Below are positions 34,938 to 44,226 of a DNA stretch of 53,139 bases, in pieces (positions within the stretch are counted from its first letter, which is position 1; each line of letters starts with the position of its first letter). The position numbers and the translations under genes were made by a program. The stretch spans positions 1 through 53,139 of the IMG/VR virus record IMGVR_UViG_3300027779_000039; one strand, written 5' to 3'. The notes under the pieces were generated by a model. That model ran no database searches. It saw only the letters and a program-made list of their open reading frames with translations, and was not told the origin of the DNA. The DNA comes from a virus. Lineage: Duplodnaviria; Caudoviricetes.

Positions 34938-35810
34938 ATGACTACAGAATTAACATTAACAGAAAACACTTTGCCTTTTTCACAGGCTATGGAAGCATTA
35001 GGGATTTTTGATGAGCAGACATCAAGCTCCATGATAAACCTTCCTAGACTATCAATAAATAATAAGACTAGGTCTGCAACAGGCTCGTCTATACCAGACG
35101 GCACAGTTAAGATTGACCACCCTAAGTACGGTGTCGTTTACGCTGAACAGGCATGGATAAGAGTATTTCAACAGAGATTCTTTTACCAGAGATACGATGA
35201 AAACGCTATCTTCCAGACCAAAGAAGGTAAGGACATGCGAGGAAGGTATGTAAATCGTTCTGTATTTGTTCGCAATCCGTATGATGATGCCTTAGACGAA
35301 TTAGGTACTATGAATTGTGGTAAGACTAAAATAGATGATTGGGATACTGCTTCGGACACAGAAAAAGAATGGTGGAGAGGATCTAAGAGATACAGAGTAT
35401 TGTTTGGTCTTTTGCGTGTAGTAGATGCAGTAAAAGAAGGCAATGGTGAAAAGGTATCTTTTGAAAACTTCCCAGTAATGTATCAGATAGGTAGTAAGGA
35501 CACGTTTAAACAGTTCGGTAACGCTCTATCTGAGATGGCAAAAAGCAAAGTAGCCCCTTACAGTAGAGAACTAAAGTTTGAGATGGAGTATAAACAAACT
35601 CCCGCTATTAGTTGGTACATAGTTAATCCTACCATTGAAAAAGAAGCATTAGAACTTACTGAAGATGATTTAGCTACTAATAAAGTATTTAATGAATACA
35701 TCCTAACTCACAGCGAGATGGTAAGACAGAAAGCGTCAGAGGCTTCTAAGAAGATTTTAGATGCTGATGTAGTACTTGGTGCAGAAGAGTTCATAGAAGT
35801 AGCAGTATAA
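34938..35810 (+). CDS. Putative ssDNA-binding / annealing protein
   Basis: 290 aa between polymerase and exonuclease; LPRLxIN and DxxGxxNCGK motifs; own promoter; acidic end. Confidence 0.55.
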   Translation: MTTELTLTENTLPFSQAMEALGIFDEQTSSSMINLPRLSINNKTRSATGSSIPDGTVKIDHPKYGVVYAEQAWIRVFQQRFFYQRYDENAIFQTKEGKDMRGRYVNRSVFVRNPYDDALDELGTMNCGKTKIDDWDTASDTEKEWWRGSKRYRVLFGLLRVVDAVKEGNGEKVSFENFPVMYQIGSKDTFKQFGNALSEMAKSKVAPYSRELKFEMEYKQTPAISWYIVNPTIEKEALELTEDDLATNKVFNEYILTHSEMVRQKASEASKKILDADVVLGAEEFIEVAV

Positions 35811-35811
35811 C

Positions 35812-36666
35812 ATGAATGATAACTTAGCAAAGATATTTGCCTACCTAGAAAAAGCTAGTGCAGATAACTCTACCATGTCAGACGATATTGTAGAAGAAGC
35901 AGGTGAGTATTTTAAAAAGGCTTTAAAACGACAGTTTAATCCTGAGAAGAGGGTGTTTAAACTACGACCCTCTAATTTAGGCAAGCCTCTATGTCAGCTA
36001 CAGATGGATTCTATGGGAGCAAAGAAACAACCCCATGATTCTACCTTTAAGATGCGTATGATACTAGGAGATACAATAGAAGCTATCTTTAAAGCAATAT
36101 TAAAAGCTTCTAACGTACCTTTTGAAGACAGCGAACAGGTAGAGATACAAATAGGAGAACACACCTTAACAGGTGAAACCGATTTATACATTGACGGAAA
36201 AGTAGATGATGTTAAATCTTGTTCTGCTTGGGCATACAGAAATAAATTTTCATCTGATGCTAATATGAAACACCATGATACGTTTGGTTATGTAGACCAA
36301 TTAATTATGTACGCTAAAGGCTCTAACAAAAAGATAGGTGGTTGGTGGGCTATTAATAAAGCCACTGGAGAAATGACCTACTTAGAGTTAGAGCTTTCTG
36401 ATGAAGAAAAGGAAGAGCGTTTAAACGTTATAGAATCTAAGATAGAAGCTATAAAAAATAAACTTCCTTTTAAACGTAATTTTGAGGCGGTTGAAGAAAC
36501 TTTTAGAGGTAAGAAGACAGGTAATAAACATCTTAATAAAACGTGTGGTTTTTGTGAATACAAGCACTCTTGTTGGGATGACCTTACACATAAACCTCAA
36601 CCTGCTTCTTCTGCTGTTAGCCCCCCTTGGCATTATTATACTGAACTTTCCGAGGCTACAGCTTAA
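35812..36666 (+). CDS. PD-(D/E)xK (Cas4/RecB-like) exonuclease
   Basis: LRPSNLGKPLCQL, GExD...DDVKS, YVDQL..Y, CGFCEYKHSCW. Confidence 0.85.
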   Translation: MNDNLAKIFAYLEKASADNSTMSDDIVEEAGEYFKKALKRQFNPEKRVFKLRPSNLGKPLCQLQMDSMGAKKQPHDSTFKMRMILGDTIEAIFKAILKASNVPFEDSEQVEIQIGEHTLTGETDLYIDGKVDDVKSCSAWAYRNKFSSDANMKHHDTFGYVDQLIMYAKGSNKKIGGWWAINKATGEMTYLELELSDEEKEERLNVIESKIEAIKNKLPFKRNFEAVEETFRGKKTGNKHLNKTCGFCEYKHSCWDDLTHKPQPASSAVSPPWHYYTELSEATA

Positions 36667-37025
36667 TGGCAAAGAAGCCCCTTAAAATAAGGGATGGCGA
36701 GATTAATATTCGCCTTACCCCTAAAGCAGACGAAGATGGAGACTGGATGCATGAGACTTTTATTACCTGTAATCCGTCTGCTAATATCCCTACTGATGCT
36801 TACGAGCATTACATTGACTTGGCTCGTGCTATGGTTGGTTTTAGTTATGTCGCATCTGATGAACTTATTGACCTACATACCACATTTTTTGATAAAGCAG
36901 TTGACGGGAAAATAACAGGAAAAGAAGGAGATATGATATGGAATTCCATAGATTTTGAACTGGAAGAACCTGTTGTGGAACGAAAAGGAAACGTAGTACA
37001 CGTGGACTTTACCAAAGAAGAGTAA
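36666..37025 (+). CDS. Hypothetical protein
   Basis: 119 aa; C-terminal GNVVHVDF motif. Confidence 0.7.
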   Translation: MAKKPLKIRDGEINIRLTPKADEDGDWMHETFITCNPSANIPTDAYEHYIDLARAMVGFSYVASDELIDLHTTFFDKAVDGKITGKEGDMIWNSIDFELEEPVVERKGNVVHVDFTKEE

Positions 37026-37139
37026 TAGTCTTTTTTAGGTCAGCGTTAGGTGTAATCATACTTAACACTTTCTTTAATTTATTAATAGTTTATAGTGACA
37101 CAAATGAAAATATCTTTGTGTTCGGGAGAGAAAAACTGA

Positions 37140-37385
37140 ATGAAGAAGCTTACAGCATCGAAGTTTGATGATGTGAATTATCCACAACATTATAATGAAG
37201 GAGGCATAGAAGCTATAGACGCAATAAAAGCTTCTATGTCATCCTTAGAATTTAAGGGGTACTTAAAAGGCAATGCCCTAAAGTATATGTGGAGATATAC
37301 TTATAAAGATAAGCCTGTAGAAGATTTAAGGAAAGCTAAATGGTATTTAGAAAAGTTGATAGAGTCTAATGAAAACACTAGCTAG
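37140..37385 (+). CDS. DUF3310 (SaV / T7 gp1.7-like) protein
   Basis: VNxPxHY..GIEAID..GYLKGNALKYxWR..K..EDLRKAxWY. Confidence 0.9.
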   Translation: MKKLTASKFDDVNYPQHYNEGGIEAIDAIKASMSSLEFKGYLKGNALKYMWRYTYKDKPVEDLRKAKWYLEKLIESNENTS

Positions 37386-37548
37386 AATAATCATTGACAT
37401 AGAAGTTGACCCAGAAGTATACGTCATGCCTGTAGACAACGACATTGAAGAAGAGATGTCTGATATTATTATTAACACTTTTTACGAACTAGAAGGAATA
37501 GATATTGCAGATGTCACCACAACGCAAAAAATACAACGGAAGAAGTAA
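37369..37548 (+). CDS. 59-aa acidic protein (not in ORF track)
   Basis: MKTLARIIIDIEVDPEVYVMPVD...; fills the gap between neighbours. Confidence 0.6.
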   Translation: MKTLARIIIDIEVDPEVYVMPVDNDIEEEMSDIIINTFYELEGIDIADVTTTQKIQRKK

Positions 37549-37711
37549 TGTTGCTCCCCTTAGAATACAATACGAAGAAGGGCAGAGAGCATTTTACAAT
37601 GGTAAGCTAAGGAATCCTTACCCTAGTTATCACATGAGACATAAGGAATGGGAGCGAGGATTTAACCTTGCATATTTTAAAAACAAAAGTAAATTAAGAA
37701 GGCAACGATAA
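37511..37711 (+). CDS. Small basic protein, Rmf/CrpP-like motif
   Basis: YEEGxxAFxxG..NPY......EWERGF. Confidence 0.55.
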   Translation: MSPQRKKYNGRSNVAPLRIQYEEGQRAFYNGKLRNPYPSYHMRHKEWERGFNLAYFKNKSKLRRQR

Positions 37712-39672
37712 TGGCTACATACGACTTAACTAAACAAGTTTCTAATACAATAGAACTACCCACAGACTACCAAAGTTTTATTCATGTTTCTAGGTACGCT
37801 AGATGGATAGACGAAGATAACCGAAGAGAATCCTGGAACGAGACAGTTACTAGATATTTTGATTATTTAACTAAACGTTTAAAGGAACAAAATAAATATA
37901 CATTAGAGATAGGTTTACGAAAAGAATTACAAGATGCTGTCCTTAACCTAGAGATAATGCCTTCTATGAGAGCCTTGATGACTTCTGGTGTAGCACTAGA
38001 TAGATGTAATGTAGCAGGATATAACTGTTCTTATCTTCCTGTAGACAGCGTTAGGTCTTTTGATGAGTGCCTTTACATACTTATGTGTGGCACAGGTGTT
38101 GGTTTTTCAGTAGAAAGAAAGTATACAAAACAATTACCTACAATTAATGAATCCCTTGAAGACAGCGAGACTACTGTAGTTGTAGGAGATAGCAAGGCAG
38201 GTTGGGCTAAAGGCTATAAAGAATTAATACATCTACTATACTCTGGTCAGATACCTAGTTGGGATTTATCTAAGCTAAGACCTGCAGGAGCTAGGCTTAA
38301 AACATTTGGTGGAAGATCAAGTGGTCCAGACCCTTTGGATGATTTGTTTAGATTTACTGTAGGCATATTTAAAAATGCAGTAGGTAGACAATTAAAGTCT
38401 ATTGAGTGTCACGACCTTATGTGTAAGATAGGCTCTGTAGTAGTAGTAGGTGGAGTAAGACGTTCTGCACTTATTAGTCTATCTGATTTACAAGATCAAG
38501 AGATGGCGTTAGCTAAATCAGGTGAATGGTGGAGCAACGAAGGTCAAAGAGCATTGGCTAATAACTCCGTTTGCTACAAAGAAAAACCTCCTATAGGTAT
38601 CTTTATGAGAGAATGGCTTACATTGTATAATTCTAAATCAGGTGAGCGAGGCATATACAATAGACAATCTGCCGTAGAAAAGTCATTAGAGAATGGTAGA
38701 CGAGATTCAGAACACGACTTTGGTACTAACCCTTGTAGTGAAATTATACTAAGACCTTATCAATTTTGTAATCTTACTGAGGTAGTAGTTAGATCAGATG
38801 ACACTATGGCTACTCTAATTAAAAAAGTAGAGCTTTCTAGTATACTAGGAACATTCCAATCTACTTTAACTGATTTTAAATACCTTAGAAAAATATGGCG
38901 AGACAACACAGAAGAAGAAAGGTTGTTAGGAGTCTCATTAACAGGTATCATGGATTCAAAATTACTCAATGGAGCAAACGACCCTCATTTAGAAACAAGG
39001 TTAAAAGACTTAAAAAAGATAGCAGTACAAACTAATAAAGAATATGCAGAGCGTTTAAACATACAGCAGTCTACTGCAATAACATGTGTCAAGCCTTCTG
39101 GTACGGTTTCTCAATTAGTTGATTCAGCATCAGGTATACATGCAAGACATTCCCCTTATTACATTAGGACTGTTAGAGGAGATAAGAAAGATCCTTTAAC
39201 TAGGTTTATGATTGAGAAAGGAGTGCCTGCAGAAGATGATATAACACAACCAGAAAACACTACAGTCTTTAGTTTTCCTGTGCAATCACCTGATAAAGCA
39301 GTTACCCGTGACGATACCTCTGCCTTAGAGCAGTTAGATTTATGGCTACACTACCAAAAGTTTTGGTGTGAGCATAAACCTTCTGTTACTATTACAGTAA
39401 AGGAAGACGAGTGGCTAGACGTGGGAGCGTGGGTGTATACTAATTTTGACAATGTTGCAGGAATATCTTTCTTGCCTCACTCAGACCATACATATAAACA
39501 AGCACCCTATCAAGATTGTTCTAAAAAAGAGTACTTAGAATTATTAAAAAAGATGCCTAAAAAACTTGACTGGAAAGATTTAATAGATTATGAAGTAGAA
39601 GACAGTACAAGGGGTGGACAAGAATTAGCTTGCTCTGCAGACTCTTGTGAAATTGTAGATATAGGAGTTTAA
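37711..39672 (+). CDS. nrdJ: Class II adenosylcobalamin-dependent ribonucleotide reductase (monomeric type)
   Basis: MPSMRAL, YNCSY, GTGVGFS, GGVRRSA, TNPCSEI, CNLTE, KPSGT, C-terminal ACxxxxCE; no beta subunit gene. Confidence 0.92.
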   Translation: MATYDLTKQVSNTIELPTDYQSFIHVSRYARWIDEDNRRESWNETVTRYFDYLTKRLKEQNKYTLEIGLRKELQDAVLNLEIMPSMRALMTSGVALDRCNVAGYNCSYLPVDSVRSFDECLYILMCGTGVGFSVERKYTKQLPTINESLEDSETTVVVGDSKAGWAKGYKELIHLLYSGQIPSWDLSKLRPAGARLKTFGGRSSGPDPLDDLFRFTVGIFKNAVGRQLKSIECHDLMCKIGSVVVVGGVRRSALISLSDLQDQEMALAKSGEWWSNEGQRALANNSVCYKEKPPIGIFMREWLTLYNSKSGERGIYNRQSAVEKSLENGRRDSEHDFGTNPCSEIILRPYQFCNLTEVVVRSDDTMATLIKKVELSSILGTFQSTLTDFKYLRKIWRDNTEEERLLGVSLTGIMDSKLLNGANDPHLETRLKDLKKIAVQTNKEYAERLNIQQSTAITCVKPSGTVSQLVDSASGIHARHSPYYIRTVRGDKKDPLTRFMIEKGVPAEDDITQPENTTVFSFPVQSPDKAVTRDDTSALEQLDLWLHYQKFWCEHKPSVTITVKEDEWLDVGAWVYTNFDNVAGISFLPHSDHTYKQAPYQDCSKKEYLELLKKMPKKLDWKDLIDYEVEDSTRGGQELACSADSCEIVDIGV

Positions 39673-39673
39673 T

Positions 39674-39916
39674 ATGACTAAAAAACGTGCAAGAACAGAT
39701 GATGGAAAATTTATTGGTGATGATCCTTCTACACCTGAGAATGAAGCATTTACAGATATACAGCCTGATGTGCCTCAGAACTACGTAGTTGACTTAGAGT
39801 TACTTAATGAAATAATTAATATCTTAGGGCAGTTAAATTACAAAGCGGTGTTTCAAACTATGGAAAAACTTAGAAAACTTCCTGCAGTTAATCTTACCTC
39901 AGAAGAAGATAAATAA
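39674..39916 (+). CDS. Hypothetical protein
   Basis: RARxxxGKFIGDDPSTPENEA motif; AGGAG RBS. Confidence 0.7.
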   Translation: MTKKRARTDDGKFIGDDPSTPENEAFTDIQPDVPQNYVVDLELLNEIINILGQLNYKAVFQTMEKLRKLPAVNLTSEEDK

Positions 39917-40377
39917 TGCTTAGTTTACTAGGTTCTTTACTAGGCTTTGGTAGTAGCTTTATGCCAAATGTTTTAGGTTTCTTTGAAAAGAAACAAGCTA
40001 ACAAACAAGAGTTGTTAATGCTAGAAGCTAAAGCCAAGTATGCCTCAGAGCTTAGTAAACTAAAATTACAAGAGATAGATGCTCAGGCAGACATAGAAGA
40101 AGCCAAAGGTATATACGCACATGCAGAAGCCTTAGCTAAATCTAATCAATCTAAATTTATAGGTGCTTTACAGGCTTCTGTTAGACCTGTAATTACTTAT
40201 GCTTTCTTTATGCTGTTTGCTTTTGTAAAAGGTGCGTATGTAATTATAGCCGTACAAGGCGGTGAAGATTTCTTAAAGGCAATACTAACAGCATGGGATG
40301 ACGAGACAATGGCATTATTTGCGGCTGTCATGGCATTTTGGTTTGGTAATCGTGCAATCAGCAAGTGGAGAAAATAA
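39916..40377 (+). CDS. Putative holin (3TM/GTA-holin-like)
   Basis: Hydrophobic N-terminus, coiled coil, SVRPVITY..TM..FWFGNR motif. Confidence 0.65.
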   Translation: MLSLLGSLLGFGSSFMPNVLGFFEKKQANKQELLMLEAKAKYASELSKLKLQEIDAQADIEEAKGIYAHAEALAKSNQSKFIGALQASVRPVITYAFFMLFAFVKGAYVIIAVQGGEDFLKAILTAWDDETMALFAAVMAFWFGNRAISKWRK

Positions 40378-41066
40378 TGGTAGACATTAGACCACCTGTA
40401 GAATTTAAAGAAATGGGAGAAGGGCATAGTATGCTTATGCCTTTCGGACCACACATAGTGTATTCAAGAATGCCAGAAAAAGTTATTAAATCTTTGAATG
40501 CATACCATGATGCAAAAATACAACAAAAGAAAGATAAGGCACTAGACCATTCTAAACAGTTAGTAGGCAAGGTTACTCAAGAGTTCTTAATAGATGACGA
40601 ACAGATAGGCAGGAATGCAGATTTTTTTAATAGTGCATTTGGAGCGTATCACCAGTTTTATCTACAGAGACAGCATCAAAAATTAAAAGAAGGTGCTAGG
40701 ATAGGTATACAATATCACTCTGCATGGCTTGTAAAACAATACGCAGGTGAATTTAATCCTGCACATATACATACCGAATGTCAGCTATCTTGTGTAGGCT
40801 ATCTAAAAGTCCCTGACTTAAAAAAAGAAGATGAAGAAGACCCTAAAAAACATTATCCTTGCAGTGGTAACATAGAACTATTTCACGAAAGCTCTAACTA
40901 TTACCATGTAGGTAATATAAGAATACGACCTGCTGTAGGTGACTTTATTATATTTCCTTCTTATCTTACGCACACAGTATACCCTTTTAAAGCAGACGAA
41001 GAAAGAAGATCATTTAGTATGAATGTATCTGTAAAAGTAGATTTAGGAGAAGATAAAGATGAATGA
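40377..41066 (+). CDS. 2OG-Fe(II) oxygenase (TIGR02466-like)
   Basis: W...GEFNPAHIH..LSCVGYL..IIFPSYLxHxVYP..RRSFS. Confidence 0.85.
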   Translation: MVDIRPPVEFKEMGEGHSMLMPFGPHIVYSRMPEKVIKSLNAYHDAKIQQKKDKALDHSKQLVGKVTQEFLIDDEQIGRNADFFNSAFGAYHQFYLQRQHQKLKEGARIGIQYHSAWLVKQYAGEFNPAHIHTECQLSCVGYLKVPDLKKEDEEDPKKHYPCSGNIELFHESSNYYHVGNIRIRPAVGDFIIFPSYLTHTVYPFKADEERRSFSMNVSVKVDLGEDKDE

Positions 41067-41331
41067 AGAAGAACTTAAAACAGCAATGATTAAGACACCT
41101 CCCGCACCTGTACAAGCACAAAAGAAATCCTGGTACAATGATGCTGAAGGTTTTGACAAGTGGAGAGTGTTTCCACGTTTATTAATAAGTCTGTATGGAT
41201 TAATGTTTTACAAATCAGCTATGTGGTTTATGACATTACCAGACCCTACTAATTCTCAATCAGCTTTTGTGTCTGTTATTGTAGGTGCAGGTGCAGCTTG
41301 GTTTGGTCTTTATGTAGGAAATAAGAAATAA
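41059..41331 (+). CDS. Two-TM membrane protein (holin-like)
   Basis: DKWRVFPRLL..WFMxLPDPT..VSVIVGAGAAWFGLY. Confidence 0.65.
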   Translation: MNEEELKTAMIKTPPAPVQAQKKSWYNDAEGFDKWRVFPRLLISLYGLMFYKSAMWFMTLPDPTNSQSAFVSVIVGAGAAWFGLYVGNKK

Positions 41332-41513
41332 TGGACAAAGAAACAGTAAATAAAATAATTGGGTCTAGTACTCCTGTAGTTAAATTAAAAAAAGAAATAA
41401 AACAAATTATTCCATACCTCTATAAGTATAGAGATGTGCAACAAGGATCTAAATGTAGAGAAGTTATTACTGCAAGGATACATAAAATAGAAGATTTACT
41501 ACGAGACGTTTAA
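41331..41513 (+). CDS. Hypothetical protein, last gene of the plus arm
   Basis: 60 aa; TAATG coupling. Confidence 0.55.
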   Translation: MDKETVNKIIGSSTPVVKLKKEIKQIIPYLYKYRDVQQGSKCREVITARIHKIEDLLRDV

Positions 41514-41842
41514 ACACCTACCTATACGCATTAAAAAAGGTCATGTAAGCCCTATATGCTATATAAGCTTAATACAAGCTCATACAGACAAATTAAGGGT
41601 TTTATGACCTTTCCTATTTAACTATATATAAATCTTTCTTAGAACTCATCTATGAGAACTTTTTATTAAAAAACCTATTGAATTTTCTATATGACTCGTA
41701 AGAGGCACACTATTAAAGTAATTATGGAACTACTCCCTATAATATACGGCATCGACTATCTCCTGTGCTATAAACACAGTTATACTCAATTTTAAATATT
41801 AATCAAATCAATTAATGTAATGTATACTATTTACGTTATGAA
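41514..41842. other. Convergent intergenic region between the two arms
   Basis: About 330 nt, AT-rich; inverted repeat AAAGGTCAT/ATGACCTTT; third CATACAGAC copy. Confidence 0.6.
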
Positions 41843-42109
41843 TTAATTAGCTAAAGGGTTGTCGTTATTACCCACATTGTCTACTCGGTTTTCTGTTCTG
41901 TCTAATCTTTTTTCAAGATTTCCTACTCGTGTAGATAGAGTAGCAATAGATTCTTGTAGAGGTGCAATATTTACAGCCTTAATCTTCTTCTTCTCTATAT
42001 TGTCTAATCGTAAATTAAATTGACCCCACGTATAGAAGCCTCCTCCTATCGCAGTGATAACGCCTATGATAGTTATGTACTGCTGTAGCTTTCCTATTAT
42101 GTTTTTCAT
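41843..42109 (-). CDS. Membrane-anchored coiled-coil protein
   Basis: N-terminal TM (ITIIGVITAIGGGFY), heptad region, NPL terminus. Confidence 0.7.
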   Translation of the reverse strand: MKNIIGKLQQYITIIGVITAIGGGFYTWGQFNLRLDNIEKKKIKAVNIAPLQESIATLSTRVGNLEKRLDRTENRVDNVGNNDNPLAN

Positions 42110-42111
42110 GT

Positions 42112-44226
42112 TTATCTCCTTTCTAAAAATATCCCCATTGGCTGAGAATCCATTATAGTATATAGAGTGTTTAAACTGCTATTGACTAAATCTCCATATG
42201 CTTCGCCATTGTCCCTCAACATAGCACTTGCATATATTTGTGTAGGCTGATACCAGTTTGTTTGGTCTGGTATATTAGCCTGTGAATAATCACTAAAATT
42301 AGGTACGTAATTCATGTAGGCAATTAAATTAGATTGTCCTTGAGAATCATACTCACCTGATTGTTCTTGTTGAACCTGTGACGCTTCCTGTTGTACTCTT
42401 ATATTATCACTAACTATTTCTTCAGCTATTTGTTCTGCTTCAGAAGAAGTAACCATAGTACTTGTAACACTTTCAATCTGATTGTCCATTGTTGTTATTT
42501 GAACTTCTGCCATTACCATTGATGGAGTATTATCCATAGTAGGCATAGGAAGTATATCAATAGATTGTAATACAGTATTAGTCTGTACTTGAGATGCAGA
42601 TATTTGTGCTGATATGCTAGGTGAGTTAGATACAGATACTGCTCCCATACTGCCTGATGATGTCACTACATTACTACTTCCTGTAGATACCGCACCAGAG
42701 TTATTGTTCTGTGAAGTTTGAGTACTAGATGATATGCTAGAGTTCACAACATTTGAAGTACTGTTAGTATTAAATGTCACTATGTTTCTTACTGTGTTTC
42801 TTCTTTCTGTTCTTCTAGGTCTATCCTCAGTCCTTTCATCTTCTTCTGCATTCTCTTCATCAAATATTTCTTCTAGTTCTTCTTCTCTTTCTTCTTCAGC
42901 TTCTTCTAGCTCTTCTTCAGCTTCTTCTCTTTCTACTTGTTCTTCACGTTCTTCTACTTGCTCTTCTTGTATCTCTTCTTCTGTATGCTCCTCAAAGTCC
43001 TCAAACTGGTCTTCCCAATTTTCTTGGTCCATCTCATCTTGGAAGTCAAAATGTTCATCCATGTGTTGAGCAAACTCTTCAAACTCATCTTCCGTCATTC
43101 TTATATCTTGTAGATCTTCTATACTAGGCAACTCTATTAAGTCAGGAATAGTTAGTAAAGTATCCCCTTCTAGAGATTCAAAGTCTATAAATATTAAGGT
43201 TTCTTCATCACCGCCCATAGTAAAGTCCCTATCAGCAAATAAATTAAAATTATTAAAGTTATCTTCATGGTCTTCTGTGTCCGTTATATCATACTCAAAA
43301 TAGCTAATGCTAATATTCCCATCATCGTCAGTACCGCCACCATCCCTAATATCAGCACCCGTAAAAAAAACAGATGTTCCTGTATAAGTTTCTTCATCAT
43401 TGAAACCATAAAATTCCTCCTCATTATCATAACCTAACAACATAGCATCAGATACACCTGAGCCACGTAGATACTCTTCGTCTTCAAAACCGTCTTCAAA
43501 TTCGTTGTCTAACTCATATATACTACATAGCTCACTGAAGTCTCCATCTATTAAGCACTCAGAAGAAAGATTACTAAAGGACTCATCTGTTTTGGTTGTA
43601 ACAGACCAGTCTGTAGCTAGTTCGTAGCTAGTGCTACCTGTGTCTACATAGCGTAAATGTGTTAAAGATTGTGTGTTATTGCCTTGCATACCTATTGTTA
43701 TATTATGATTAGATATGTCTATCTTATCGTACCTAAACTCTACAACATTACTTGTTTCATACAAGATAGCCTCAAAAGAATTTAAGTTTCCTGACCTGCT
43801 GTACTCTTGTGCATTGTACCAACCTACTACAAAGTATTGGTCTGTTGCGGAAGTTTCTCCGAAAGTTTGTATGTAGGGGTTTTGAGTGCCTCCAGAGTTA
43901 ATTAAATCAGTCCATAAAGGCATGATTGAAAAGTTAAAACCTGATGCAGGAAGAGTTTCTGACATGTAGTTTCTATAATTATTAACAGAGAAGTTAGAAT
44001 TAAATGTAAGAAAGCCGTTCATAGATATGTTTGCTTGGGTGTAATCGTTACCGTAATGTGTAAAGCTAAAACCTAAGTCTTTCATCCCAGACATCTGATC
44101 GTCTTGAAGGTTTAGAGCAGTGCCTGTGTTTTGGATATTTAAAATTGGATCAGTACCTGTTGTGAATACAGGAGTGTTGGCTTGTGCCGAAATGCTAAAG
44201 AGTAATAAGAATACTAATCTAAGCAT
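42112..44226 (-). CDS. Secreted protein: NIDO-like beta domain, very acidic linker, S/T/Q-rich region
   Basis: Signal peptide ..SAQA; LGFxFxxYGxxY..ISxNGFLTF, PLWTDL, NSFEAILY motifs; poly-Glu tract. Confidence 0.7.
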   Translation of the reverse strand: MLRLVFLLLFSISAQANTPVFTTGTDPILNIQNTGTALNLQDDQMSGMKDLGFSFTHYGNDYTQANISMNGFLTFNSNFSVNNYRNYMSETLPASGFNFSIMPLWTDLINSGGTQNPYIQTFGETSATDQYFVVGWYNAQEYSRSGNLNSFEAILYETSNVVEFRYDKIDISNHNITIGMQGNNTQSLTHLRYVDTGSTSYELATDWSVTTKTDESFSNLSSECLIDGDFSELCSIYELDNEFEDGFEDEEYLRGSGVSDAMLLGYDNEEEFYGFNDEETYTGTSVFFTGADIRDGGGTDDDGNISISYFEYDITDTEDHEDNFNNFNLFADRDFTMGGDEETLIFIDFESLEGDTLLTIPDLIELPSIEDLQDIRMTEDEFEEFAQHMDEHFDFQDEMDQENWEDQFEDFEEHTEEEIQEEQVEEREEQVEREEAEEELEEAEEEREEELEEIFDEENAEEDERTEDRPRRTERRNTVRNIVTFNTNSTSNVVNSSISSSTQTSQNNNSGAVSTGSSNVVTSSGSMGAVSVSNSPSISAQISASQVQTNTVLQSIDILPMPTMDNTPSMVMAEVQITTMDNQIESVTSTMVTSSEAEQIAEEIVSDNIRVQQEASQVQQEQSGEYDSQGQSNLIAYMNYVPNFSDYSQANIPDQTNWYQPTQIYASAMLRDNGEAYGDLVNSSLNTLYTIMDSQPMGIFLERR

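Larger units (their letters stand above)
21839..42176. repeat. Dispersed palindromic octamer GTTTAAAC (at least 36 copies in this interval)
   Basis: Counted by eye; only 2 more seen elsewhere (13774, 47136). Confidence 0.9.

Noticed and set aside
22260-40570. Minus-strand ORFs within the early/replication arm
   Set aside because: Fully overlap better-supported plus-strand genes
21839-42176. GTTTAAAC as integron attC/attI cores
   Set aside because: Does not fit GTTRRRY/RYYYAAC, lacks L boxes, occurs inside essential genes, and no integrase is present
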